From Acidobacteriota bacterium (GTDB lineage: Bacteria; Acidobacteriota; Thermoanaerobaculia; Multivoradales; J023), in contig JBCDBH010000002.1 of assembly GCA_039184055.1 (NCBI GenBank), forward strand, positions 1 through 54,125: 54,125 nt of DNA, read 5' to 3'. Position numbers and translations under genes: made by a program. Shown here piece by piece: positions 19,085 through 28,017 of this stretch. How positions within the stretch are numbered: the stretch's first letter is position 1; every line of letters starts with the position of its first letter. The notes under the pieces were generated by a model. That model searched no databases and had not been told where the DNA came from. It saw only the letters and a list, made by a program, of their open reading frames with translations.

Positions 19085-19592
19085 ATTTCTTCTCGCGTTG
19101 CTCGTTTGTATCGCGGTGTGGGCGATCGGTTTGCGCCTGTCGCCGTGGTTTCCCTGGTGGGTCGATCCTTTTTTGGTTCTGGTGATCTACGTCGGGCTAC
19201 GTGCCGCGCCCGTGTGGGGTATGGTTGCGGGCAGCATCACGGGTCTGATCGCCGACGCGATGAGTGGTGGCACCTACGGTCTGTTCGGCTTCGCGAACAC
19301 CATGGTGGCGGCCGCGTCCGACCGTTTGCGTCGACGTCTGGTGGCACAAGACACGCTACGGCTCGGATTGATCTTCGCGCTCGCCGCGGCCCTGCAGCAG
19401 GTGGTGGTGGCGGGGCTACAATTCTTCGTCTTGGCTAGTCTGCCCTTGCCGTCGCCGTTGATGGTGGCTGGCAAAGTGCTCTCGACGGCGGTGCTCGGAA
19501 CCGTGGCCATCGCGGTCACCGAGTGGGCGTCGCGGGCCTACCATCAATGGCGTGAGGCCCGTCGTCGGCGATTGGCGATCGATACACGCTGA
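19071..19592 (+). CDS. mreD: Rod shape-determining protein MreD
   Basis: Hydrophobic multi-TM protein (GLIADAMSG...GLFG) between mreC and mrdA. Confidence 0.85.
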   Translation: MPFLRFLLALLVCIAVWAIGLRLSPWFPWWVDPFLVLVIYVGLRAAPVWGMVAGSITGLIADAMSGGTYGLFGFANTMVAAASDRLRRRLVAQDTLRLGLIFALAAALQQVVVAGLQFFVLASLPLPSPLMVAGKVLSTAVLGTVAIAVTEWASRAYHQWREARRRRLAIDTR

Positions 19593-19600
19593 GCTCGAAT

Positions 19601-21376
19601 ATGGTCGAACGCAAACACAAGCAGATTTTGGTCAAGCGTCTGTGGGGCCTGACTCGACTGGCGTGGTTGGTGATGCTGGTGATTGTCGGTCGCTATTGGG
19701 CGATCCAGATCCTCGACGGCGAGCTCTATCGCGAATTGTCCGACAACAATCGGCTACGCAAACAGGAAATCCAAGCACCGCGTGGCGTCATCACCGATCG
19801 TCACGGGGTCGCGCTGGCCGAGAACGTACCGAGTTACAACCTGCTTTTCGATCGTGCCGCGAGCGCTGATCCCGAGGCCAGTCAGGCGTTCGCGGCGCGT
19901 ATTCTCGGTGTCGACGTGGCGACGCTCGACGAACCGTTCGCGGCGGCGCGGATGGCGGGCTTCAAGCCGGTACGGGTGGCCGACAATCTCTCCCTCGGTC
20001 AAGTGGCGCGTTTCGACGCGGTCCACCTCGAACGTCCCGAATTCGATGTTGCGGTGGCGCACCGCAGGCTCTATCGCTTTGGTCATCAGGTGGCGCACGT
20101 CATCGGCTATCTCGGAGAAGCGAGTCGTACCGAGGTCGAAGCTGGGCACTACAAGGTCGGTGATCGCGTCGGCAAAAAAGGGATCGAACGGCGTTTTCAA
20201 GACGAGCTTCAAGGCAGCGATGGTGAACGGGTGGTGGTGGTCGACAGCCGGGGGCGGGTGCTCGAGGAATACCACCGCGCTCCGTCGTCGGCGGGTCGGT
20301 CGATCGCGCTCACGCTCGACCTGCGTTTGCAACAGACCGCGGTGCGTCTGCTCGACGGCAAGGTCGGGTCGATCGTCGCGCTCGATCCACGGGATGGCGC
20401 GGTGCGCGCCATGGTGTCGGCGCCGAGCTTCGATCCCAACCTCTTCGCTGGACGACTCGATCGACGCGACTGGAACGCCCTGATCGAACACCCCGACGAC
20501 CCGCTCCAGAATCGCGTGGTGCAAAACGCCTACCCACCCGGCTCGGTGTTCAAATTGGTGATGGCTCTCGCCGCGTTCGACGAAGGCATGCAGCACACCC
20601 GCATCTACTGCCCGGGCTACTCGCGGATCTACAACCATCGCTTCCGCTGTTGGAAGCGGGGAGGTCACGGCGCGGTCGACTTGCGCGAGGCGCTGAAAGG
20701 CTCGTGCAATGTCTATTTTCACGAGCTCGGCCGACGGCTGGAAATCGACCGGATCGCGGAGCTGTCGAGATTCTTCGGTTTGGGTCAGGCCACCGGAATC
20801 GATCTCGATGGCGAGCGGCCCGGCTTGGTACCGAGCACGGCCTGGAGTGAGAAGACCCGTCGTCATCCGTGGTACCCGGGCGAGACCATCTCGGTCGCTA
20901 CCGGCCAAGGGCCGATTCTGACGACACCGCTCCAGGTGGCGACGATGGTCGCCGCGATCGCCAACGGTGGCGATCGAGTGCGGCCTCACCTACGACAGGA
21001 TGACGCGACGGCTGAGCGCGACAAACTACCGTTCGACGCCGCTCGCCTCGCATTTATCCGCGATGCCATGGCGGCGGTGGTCAACGAAGAGGGGGGCACC
21101 GGCCGGCAGGCTGAATTGGAGACCATGACCGTAGCGGGCAAAACCGGTACCGCGCAGGTGATCGCCCAGGAGACGTGGACCTCGAACGACGAGCTGGCGC
21201 CGGAGAATCGCGATCACGCCTGGTTCGCCTCCTTCGCCCCGGCCGAGCATCCGGAGCTCGTGGTGGTGATCATGGTGGAGCATGGTGGCGGCGGTTCGAC
21301 GGGTGCCGCGCCGTTGGCTCAGGAGCTTTATGCGACGTTTTTCGACACCGATCACGAGCACGACGGTCCTACCTGA
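19601..21376 (+). CDS. mrdA: Penicillin-binding protein 2
   Basis: APRGVITDR, YPPGSVFK (SxxK), SCNVYF (SxN), AGKTGTAQ (KTG). Confidence 0.95.
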   Translation: MVERKHKQILVKRLWGLTRLAWLVMLVIVGRYWAIQILDGELYRELSDNNRLRKQEIQAPRGVITDRHGVALAENVPSYNLLFDRAASADPEASQAFAARILGVDVATLDEPFAAARMAGFKPVRVADNLSLGQVARFDAVHLERPEFDVAVAHRRLYRFGHQVAHVIGYLGEASRTEVEAGHYKVGDRVGKKGIERRFQDELQGSDGERVVVVDSRGRVLEEYHRAPSSAGRSIALTLDLRLQQTAVRLLDGKVGSIVALDPRDGAVRAMVSAPSFDPNLFAGRLDRRDWNALIEHPDDPLQNRVVQNAYPPGSVFKLVMALAAFDEGMQHTRIYCPGYSRIYNHRFRCWKRGGHGAVDLREALKGSCNVYFHELGRRLEIDRIAELSRFFGLGQATGIDLDGERPGLVPSTAWSEKTRRHPWYPGETISVATGQGPILTTPLQVATMVAAIANGGDRVRPHLRQDDATAERDKLPFDAARLAFIRDAMAAVVNEEGGTGRQAELETMTVAGKTGTAQVIAQETWTSNDELAPENRDHAWFASFAPAEHPELVVVIMVEHGGGGSTGAAPLAQELYATFFDTDHEHDGPT

Positions 21377-22472
21377 GCCGCGTTCGCTGGTTGCGCGGCT
21401 GGGCACCGTCAACTGGACGCCGCTGGCGGCGGCGTTGGTGCTGTCGGTGATCGGCATGGCCACCGTGCATAGCGCCAGTGCCGAGCTGCCGGTGGACTAT
21501 CTGCCGCGGCAAATCGCTTGGGTGGTGATCGGCTTGGCGCTCGTCGCGCTGATGTTGGCGATCGACTACCACGCGCTGGTCGACCAGTCGCCGCTCTATT
21601 ACGGTGTGTCCCTGGCGCTCGTGGTGTTGGTGCTCGCCGTCGGTCGGGAGATCGGCGGGGCGCGTTCGTGGATCGGGATCGGTTCCTTTGGTGGTCAGCC
21701 GGCCGAGCTCGCCAAAATCGCCACCGCGTTGTTACTCGCTCGGCAATTGTCACGCGCCCACGGCGAGTTCTTGAGCTTCAAGGAGATGGTCATCGCGGTG
21801 ACGCTGGTCGGCGTACCGGTGACGTTCATCTTCTTGCAAGACGACATGGGGTCGGCGGCGATGTTCGTGCCGATGGCCGCGGCGGCGATGCTGGTCGCCG
21901 GTGTGCGTCTGCGTTGGCTGATCGCCGCGGGGCTGTTGGCGTTTTTGCTCGGCGCGGGCTTCTGGCAATTCGGTATGCAGGACTACCAGCGCGCGCGGGT
22001 GGCGAGCTTCGTATCGCCGGAGAGTGATCCGCTCGGTGCCGGTTATCAGATGCGGCAGAGCAAGATCGCGGTCGGTTCGGGACAGCTGGTCGGACGTGGC
22101 TACGGTCAAGGGACACAGAGTCAGCTACGTTTCTTGCCCGCGCGTCACACTGATTTCACCATGGCGGTCCTGGCCGAAGAGTGGGGCTTCTTCGGAGTCG
22201 TCATCGTGTTCGGCGCCTACGCGGCCTATCTGGGTTCGGCGGTGTCGATCGCGACTCGAAGTCGGGATCGCGCGGCCGTATTGTTGATCGCTGCGCTGAT
22301 CGCCCTGGTGATGTTCCACGTTCTCTACAACACGGCCATGGTGGTCGGTTTGATGCCGATCACCGGGATACCCTTGCCTTTTCTTTCGTACGGTGGTTCG
22401 TTCATGTTGATCAACTTCGCGACCGTCGGGCTTCTGATGAGCATCGATCTGAGACGTGATGCACCCCGCTGA
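21330..22472 (+). CDS. rodA: Rod shape-determining protein RodA (SEDS)
   Basis: GARSWI, QPAELAK, GYQMRQSKIAVGSG, HTDF, TGIPLPFLSYGGS; start uncertain. Confidence 0.93.
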   Translation: MRRFSTPITSTTVLPEPRSLVARLGTVNWTPLAAALVLSVIGMATVHSASAELPVDYLPRQIAWVVIGLALVALMLAIDYHALVDQSPLYYGVSLALVVLVLAVGREIGGARSWIGIGSFGGQPAELAKIATALLLARQLSRAHGEFLSFKEMVIAVTLVGVPVTFIFLQDDMGSAAMFVPMAAAAMLVAGVRLRWLIAAGLLAFLLGAGFWQFGMQDYQRARVASFVSPESDPLGAGYQMRQSKIAVGSGQLVGRGYGQGTQSQLRFLPARHTDFTMAVLAEEWGFFGVVIVFGAYAAYLGSAVSIATRSRDRAAVLLIAALIALVMFHVLYNTAMVVGLMPITGIPLPFLSYGGSFMLINFATVGLLMSIDLRRDAPR

Positions 22473-23976
22473 CGAACAGGCGCGGGTGCGCAAGACTTTA
22501 TTGGTCGAGGACGATCCGTTCGAAACCCGGGTTGCGTTGCTCGAGAACGATCGACTGGCCGAGATCTTCATCGAACGTCCCGATCGTCTGGGCTGGGTTG
22601 GCAACCTGTACAAAGGTCGGGTCAGTCGGGTCCTGCCCGGTATGCAGGCCGCCTTTGTCGATATCGGTCTCGAGCGCGACGCCTTTCTCTACGTCGGTGA
22701 GGTGGTCGACTCGTTGGCGACGGTCGAGGACGTCGAAGGAGCCGAGCCGCCATCGATCGGCGAGCTCTTGGTCCAAGGTCAGGAGCTGCTCGTTCAGGTG
22801 CTCAAAGACCCGCTGCCCAACAAAGGCGCGCGCGTCTCGACTCAGATCACCTTGCCGGGGCGTTATCTGGTGTTGCTCCCGGAGGTCGAGCAGCTCGGGA
22901 TCTCGCGGCGAATCGAAGACGACGCCGAGCGCGAACGGCTGCGTGGCGTGCTCGAAGCCATTCAACCACCAGGCTGCGGCTTGATCGTTCGCACCGCGGG
23001 GTTGGGGCAAGACGAGCCGGTGCTCCGCGGCGATCTAGTCGAGCTCGAGGCGCAGTGGCAACGGCTCCGTCAGCGTGCCGCCCAGTTGCGACCGCCGGCA
23101 TTGGTGCACCGCGATCTCGACTTGGCGGTGCGCGTGGTGCGCGACACCTTCAGCGACGACTTCGACACCGTCTGGGTCGAGGGTGACGAAGCGTACGAGA
23201 GCATCGTCGCCTTTCTTCACGCCACCGCTCCTTACCTGGCGCCACGCGTGCGGCGATGGGAAGAACCGACGCCACTCTTCGAGCATTACGCGATCGATCA
23301 AGAGCTCGACAAGGCGCTCGAGAGCCGAGTGTGGCTCAAATCGGGTGGCACGATCGTCATTCAGTCGACCGAGGCCTTGGTGGCGATCGATGTCAATACG
23401 GGCCGCTTCGTCGGTCGAGACAATCTCGAGGACACGGTGCTCGCCACCAATCTCGAGGCGGTGACCGAAATCGTGCATCAGCTCCGGCTACGCGACCTCG
23501 GCGGCATCGTGGTGATCGATTTCATCGATATGGCCGATGCCGACAATCGGGCTCGCGTGATGGCGGCGCTCGAAGCCGAGCTGGCTCGCGACCGCGCCAA
23601 GAGCAAAGTGCTGGCACTCTCAGAATTCGGGTTGGTTCAGCTGACCCGCAAACGAAGCCGTCAGAGTCTCGAACGGCAGCTCACCGCGCCGTGTCCGTAT
23701 TGCCGAGGCTCTGGCCGTGTCGCCAACGTCGAATCGATCGGTCTCGACATTCGGCGGCGGCTGGTCCGTGACCGCAGCCGCTATCGTCACGGCGCGCGAC
23801 TGGTGGTCCATCCCGATGTGGCTCGGTCGCTCGCCACCAGCCCGGTCGGATTGCTTGCCGAGCTCGAACGGCTGATCGACGCCGAGCTGATCGTCGATGA
23901 AAACGACACATTGCATCGTGAGCATTGGCAAATTGAGCCATTGACTCGTCGCGATTGGGGCGGTCCTCCGGCGTAA
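22456..23976 (+). CDS. rng: Rne/Rng family ribonuclease (RNase G)
   Basis: GNLYKGRVSRVLPGMQAAFVDIG, AIDVNTG, LRLRDLGGIVVIDFIDM, CPYCRGSG. Confidence 0.93.
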   Translation: MMHPADEQARVRKTLLVEDDPFETRVALLENDRLAEIFIERPDRLGWVGNLYKGRVSRVLPGMQAAFVDIGLERDAFLYVGEVVDSLATVEDVEGAEPPSIGELLVQGQELLVQVLKDPLPNKGARVSTQITLPGRYLVLLPEVEQLGISRRIEDDAERERLRGVLEAIQPPGCGLIVRTAGLGQDEPVLRGDLVELEAQWQRLRQRAAQLRPPALVHRDLDLAVRVVRDTFSDDFDTVWVEGDEAYESIVAFLHATAPYLAPRVRRWEEPTPLFEHYAIDQELDKALESRVWLKSGGTIVIQSTEALVAIDVNTGRFVGRDNLEDTVLATNLEAVTEIVHQLRLRDLGGIVVIDFIDMADADNRARVMAALEAELARDRAKSKVLALSEFGLVQLTRKRSRQSLERQLTAPCPYCRGSGRVANVESIGLDIRRRLVRDRSRYRHGARLVVHPDVARSLATSPVGLLAELERLIDAELIVDENDTLHREHWQIEPLTRRDWGGPPA

Positions 23977-24011
23977 GTGGCGAGCGATCTCGTATTTGGG
24001 CCTGTTTTGGG

Positions 24012-24032
24012 CAAAATCGTCAAGCGATTTTG
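24012..24032. promoter_or_regulatory. Inverted repeat, candidate operator or weak hairpin
   Basis: caaaatcg-N5-cgattttg between rng and the AraC-TPR gene. Confidence 0.35.
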
Positions 24033-24315
24033 TCGACAATTCGAATTTGGCGCTGTATTGTTTGGACACGGGGAAGTTGCCGGGCCTCGAATGCGTTCAT
24101 TCGCATCGGTCGTGTGCCCATAGTCGTGGACACCGACTGTGAGGCGCACCGTGTCGGCGGTAGATACGCTTTATCGCCGACACGTGACGCTAGGCTCGGC
24201 CCAATCTGAGTTTCGTAATCGGGATGGATGACGCGTACGTTCGGTGGCTCGAGCCACCACGATGCGTCGTACCCTGGTATCCGAAGCTCTTCGACAAGCG
24301 TAACGGGGAATTTGT

Positions 24316-26100
24316 ATGCTTGCGGGAAAGAGTCAGAGATTTCTTGAGACGGCTGCCGCCGACACACTGGCGCGGGTGAGACGAGATCGCGAGCGTGTGG
24401 GAGCGCGACTCAAGCCTCTCCTCGAACACATCGAGGCGAGCCTTTTCGATCCGGGTCTAGACGTCAATCAACTCAAACGCGCGTGTGGGGTCCGGGACAA
24501 TACGATCCCGATCCAATTCCACGCCGAGCTCGGCATGCCACCCCATGCCTACATCGAAGACTGTCGACTCAAGACCGCCTGTCGTCTTTTGTGCGACACC
24601 GATCTGAAGGTGTGGCAGATCGCCGATCTTCTTGGATATTCGAGTATTCAAGTCTTCAGCCGTGCCTTCAGCCGCTGGGCCGGGGTGCGTCCGACCGTGT
24701 ATCGCAAGCGCGAACGGCGGAACGAAGAAACGGCACCGTCACCTTTGCCCGAGGTGCCGACACTACGAGTCGAGACGTTGCGCCAAGCGCTTCGAGGGGA
24801 TCTCGACGCGGCCGGTGTCGAGTCGTTGATGCGTCGCTTGCTCGCCCTCTACCCGGCCTCGAGTCGCCGGATCGCGCTCGAAGCGTCGTCGTTGGCGGCG
24901 CGTGCCGAGAGTGTGCGACGGCCATCGCAACGTCATTCGCCGGTGCGCTCGAGTCTCGACAAAGAGCGCGTCGAGCGGGTGCGTGCCGAAGAGGTGTGGC
25001 GAGAGATGGAAGGTCGCTCGTGGGAAGAGCGGCGTGAGCTCGTGCGGCGTAAGCTCCGCTTCACTACCGCGGCGCTTTTCGAGCTCATTCACGATCAGGC
25101 GATCGAGATCGGGCGTCAGGATCGCCAAGAGGGTTTGCGTCTCGCCGAGTTGGCTCTGGAGAGCCTGGAGACGATCGACCCCGAAGCCGTCGATGCCGAG
25201 GACCGAGCCAATCTCGACGCTCGCGCGTGGGCTTGGTTGGGTAACGCACGCCGGATCGTGCTCGATTTCACCGGCGCTGAAGAGGCCTTGTCCGAGGCTG
25301 AACGTCGGCTTTCGGTACGTCGTCCCGACGTCATCGTGCAGGCCGACATTTTCAAGATCAAAGCGGCGCTCCGTTGGTTCCAGCGTCGTCTCCACGAAGC
25401 CATGGCCCTGATCAACGAGGCCATCGTGCTCTATCGCCGCGCCGACAAGAGCCACCTGCTCGGTCAGGCCATGGTGGTGCGCGCGCTGCTCCTGCTCTTG
25501 CAGGACAAGCCGGATGAGAGTCTGCCGGTGCTCGCACGTGCCATGGAGTTGATCGATCGCGAAAGCGAGCCTTGGGCGTTCCTCTCCGCGCATCAAGTTC
25601 TGATCGCCGCGTATACCTTCGCGGGTCGGTACGAGGACGCCGAATCGAGCTTGCTCGATGGCCATTCGATGGCGCGCGAGGTCGACAATCGTGACGCCGA
25701 GCTGCGGTTGCGCTGGCTCGAAGGGTTGGTGGCGCGTGAGAAGGGTTCGCTCGACCGGGCCGAGGATCATCTCAAGCCGGTCGTCGAGGAGCTGACCGCC
25801 GCGGAGCAGACCTACGACGCCGCGTTGGCATCGCTCGACTTGGCCTTGGTCTACTCGGCGCAGGGACGGGACAACGAAGTGATCGCGTTGGCGGGCGAGA
25901 TGATTCCGGTGTTCGGAGCCTTGCGGGTACACCGTGAGGGTATGGCCGCGCTCAACCTGATCCAGGCGGCGATCAAGAATCGCCAGATCACGATTGCGTC
26001 GCTGTGGGAAGCGCGTCGCCTGGTCGACCGCAGTCGCGGTCTGGCCATGCCGTGGGCGCTGCCCCTACGGGTTGCCGAGCAAGCGCGTCCAGCGGCTTGA
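24316..26100 (+). CDS. AraC-family HTH regulator fused to a C-terminal TPR-like domain
   Basis: AraC signature RLKTACRLLCDTDLKVWQIADLLGYSSIQVFSRAFSRWAGVRPTVYRK; helical repeats ARAWAWLGNARR, LRLRWLEGLV, YDAALASLDLALVY. Confidence 0.85.
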   Translation: MLAGKSQRFLETAAADTLARVRRDRERVGARLKPLLEHIEASLFDPGLDVNQLKRACGVRDNTIPIQFHAELGMPPHAYIEDCRLKTACRLLCDTDLKVWQIADLLGYSSIQVFSRAFSRWAGVRPTVYRKRERRNEETAPSPLPEVPTLRVETLRQALRGDLDAAGVESLMRRLLALYPASSRRIALEASSLAARAESVRRPSQRHSPVRSSLDKERVERVRAEEVWREMEGRSWEERRELVRRKLRFTTAALFELIHDQAIEIGRQDRQEGLRLAELALESLETIDPEAVDAEDRANLDARAWAWLGNARRIVLDFTGAEEALSEAERRLSVRRPDVIVQADIFKIKAALRWFQRRLHEAMALINEAIVLYRRADKSHLLGQAMVVRALLLLLQDKPDESLPVLARAMELIDRESEPWAFLSAHQVLIAAYTFAGRYEDAESSLLDGHSMAREVDNRDAELRLRWLEGLVAREKGSLDRAEDHLKPVVEELTAAEQTYDAALASLDLALVYSAQGRDNEVIALAGEMIPVFGALRVHREGMAALNLIQAAIKNRQITIASLWEARRLVDRSRGLAMPWALPLRVAEQARPAA

Positions 26101-26106
26101 TTCGGT

Positions 26107-26134
26107 TCGGACCGCCGTGTTCGCGGCGGTCCGA
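26107..26134. terminator. Hairpin between convergent regulator and peptide genes
   Basis: tcggaccgccg-tgttcg-cggcggtccga, 11-bp perfect stem. Confidence 0.7.
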
Positions 26135-26148
26135 TTCTCTCTCTCAGC

Positions 26149-26427
26149 TCAACCAACCGGATCGATGAATGGGCCCGAGGGCGGTGGTGGCGGCGTACAA
26201 GGCGTCGGCTGACAATCGCCTTGTCCGTTGAGAGGCTGAATCCACGGGGTCTCGTCGATCACCTGTGTGTCGTTCGGAACGAACCACTCCGTGATCGATT
26301 CGATCAGCTCCTGCCACCATGTGCCCCATGCTCCGATCTCGGCCGGGGGTGCCGCCAAAATGGGCGCCGTCAAGCAGCCGAGCAAGAGAATGAACGATAG
26401 GTAACGTGCCATAGGTTTGTCTTTCAT
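26149..26427 (-). CDS. Small secreted protein, putative signalling propeptide (92 aa)
   Basis: AAGGGAGA RBS 5 nt before ATG; Sec-type signal ending ...APILA; Trp-rich amphipathic segment; motifs TPWIQPLNG and C-terminal GPFIDPVG. Confidence 0.75.
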   Translation of the reverse strand: MKDKPMARYLSFILLLGCLTAPILAAPPAEIGAWGTWWQELIESITEWFVPNDTQVIDETPWIQPLNGQGDCQPTPCTPPPPPSGPFIDPVG

Positions 26428-26710
26428 CACGATCTCCCTTTGCGGATCGTCGCGCACCTGAATGACGAGCGACGTCCGTTCTCTCCACCAGCCTAGCGCG
26501 TGAAAGAGTAAATGCACAGTGATGAAGGTAATTCCCCTACGGAAGGTCGATGATGAGGCATGTGGGCATGCCAGAAGCTGTTGTCTATTCTGCATAAGGT
26601 GATGTGCATGCCTTCGGATCGGGTAGGTGTGCTGACATGAGTAACATACGATAATAGGTCATACACTCGTTTATTTTCTGGTATTTGATCCACTCAAGAT
26701 GAATCACCAT

Positions 26711-26735
26711 GAAAAAGGCACCGCTTTCGCGGTGC
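26711..26735 (-). terminator. Intrinsic terminator downstream of the type III PKS operon
   Basis: Minus strand GCACCGC-GAAA-GCGGTGC followed by CTTTTT. Confidence 0.65.
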
Positions 26736-26886
26736 ATCATGCGTTTCGCCACGAGGGCTAACTACCTAGATGCCTACTGAATCAGTGAAGGCTCCACGGA
26801 GTCAGTGACGACATCTGAGCAGTGAAATCATGTTATCAGCACATATCATGCTGATCAAGCATCAATAGAGCGCATTCGCGCTGACT

Positions 26887-28017
26887 TCACGCGGCCCAAA
26901 GAGCGCCAACCAGCTTTGGCGCCGTTCCAACAAGACTGTGTACGGGCCGCTCGGCTACATGTACCGCGAGGATGTGATCGAAGAGCCAGGGCTCGGCAGC
27001 CAGCGCGGCGATCAGGCGGCGTCGTAGCCATGGCCGTCGCTCGATCTGTAAGAGTACATGGGTCAACAGGTTGGGTCGTCTGGAGATCACACGATGGGCG
27101 TGTGAGTAGACCCGAAGATCACGTTCACCGATGGCTTCGGCGATTGCTTCCGCTTGGTGGAGGCCGATCGCCAAACCTTCGCCGGTGATCGCATCGACAT
27201 AGCCACTTGCGTCGCCCACCAAGGCGAGGTTTTTCGAGACCACGCCACGTGTGCGTTGGAGGAGCGGGCCGCTACCCCGATCTCGTGACGTCGCGGACGC
27301 ATCGCCGAGTCGCTCGAGAAGTCGTGGAAAACGTGCAAGGAGCGTAGGGAAATCGCTCTTGAAGCCGCTCCACAGAACCGCCACGCCGACCTCATCAGGA
27401 GCAATGGGGGTCACATAGGCTTCACAATCGCCTTGCCAATAGACCTCGACTCGGTCTGTCCATGGTGTGATGCGATAGTGGCGTCGGACTCCAAAACGTC
27501 GAACTCCAGACCGTCTTGCACGGGTCGTCGATCGCGCCGTCAGACCCACGGCTCGACGGAGGGGTGAGCGTAGACCATCGGCGGCAATCACGAAACGCGG
27601 CGTGAGAGCTCGGTCGGCAACTTCGAGACCCCAACCGCCGCCGGGCAGGGGTCGGGCCGTGACGGGATGCCCACGGTGAATCACCGCACCCAATGCGATC
27701 GCCCGTTCTTCGAGTGCGCGACCCAGCACGGTGCGACGTACACCCCGGCCGGCTCGCGATGGGAATCGGCCATCGGCGACGGTGGTGCCGTCGATCCAGC
27801 GGATCCCGGCGAAGGGCATCGAACGTGGTAGCTCCACGCCCCAGCTGTCGAGCCGTTCGACGGCATCGGGCATCAACCCTTCACCACAGGCTTTGTCGAT
27901 CGGCCCTCGGGGCTTTCGTTCGAAGACCGCTACCTCGATCCCACGTAGCCGCAGGGCGATGGCGGTGGCGAGACCCACCGGTCCCGCGCCGATCACCACG
28001 ACGTCGGGGTTCGTCAT
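26887..28017 (-). CDS. FAD-dependent oxidoreductase/monooxygenase (SrsC-like)
   Basis: VVVIGAGPVG, DKACGEGLMP, IAADGLRS, LVGDASGYVDAITGEG; ATGA overlap with FAAL. Confidence 0.88.
   Translation of the reverse strand: MTNPDVVVIGAGPVGLATAIALRLRGIEVAVFERKPRGPIDKACGEGLMPDAVERLDSWGVELPRSMPFAGIRWIDGTTVADGRFPSRAGRGVRRTVLGRALEERAIALGAVIHRGHPVTARPLPGGGWGLEVADRALTPRFVIAADGLRSPLRRAVGLTARSTTRARRSGVRRFGVRRHYRITPWTDRVEVYWQGDCEAYVTPIAPDEVGVAVLWSGFKSDFPTLLARFPRLLERLGDASATSRDRGSGPLLQRTRGVVSKNLALVGDASGYVDAITGEGLAIGLHQAEAIAEAIGERDLRVYSHAHRVISRRPNLLTHVLLQIERRPWLRRRLIAALAAEPWLFDHILAVHVAERPVHSLVGTAPKLVGALWAA

Noticed and set aside
24020-24429. Small minus-strand ORFs upstream of the AraC-TPR gene as a second peptide
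   Set aside because: They overlap the regulator start and show no signal peptide, clear RBS or core motif.
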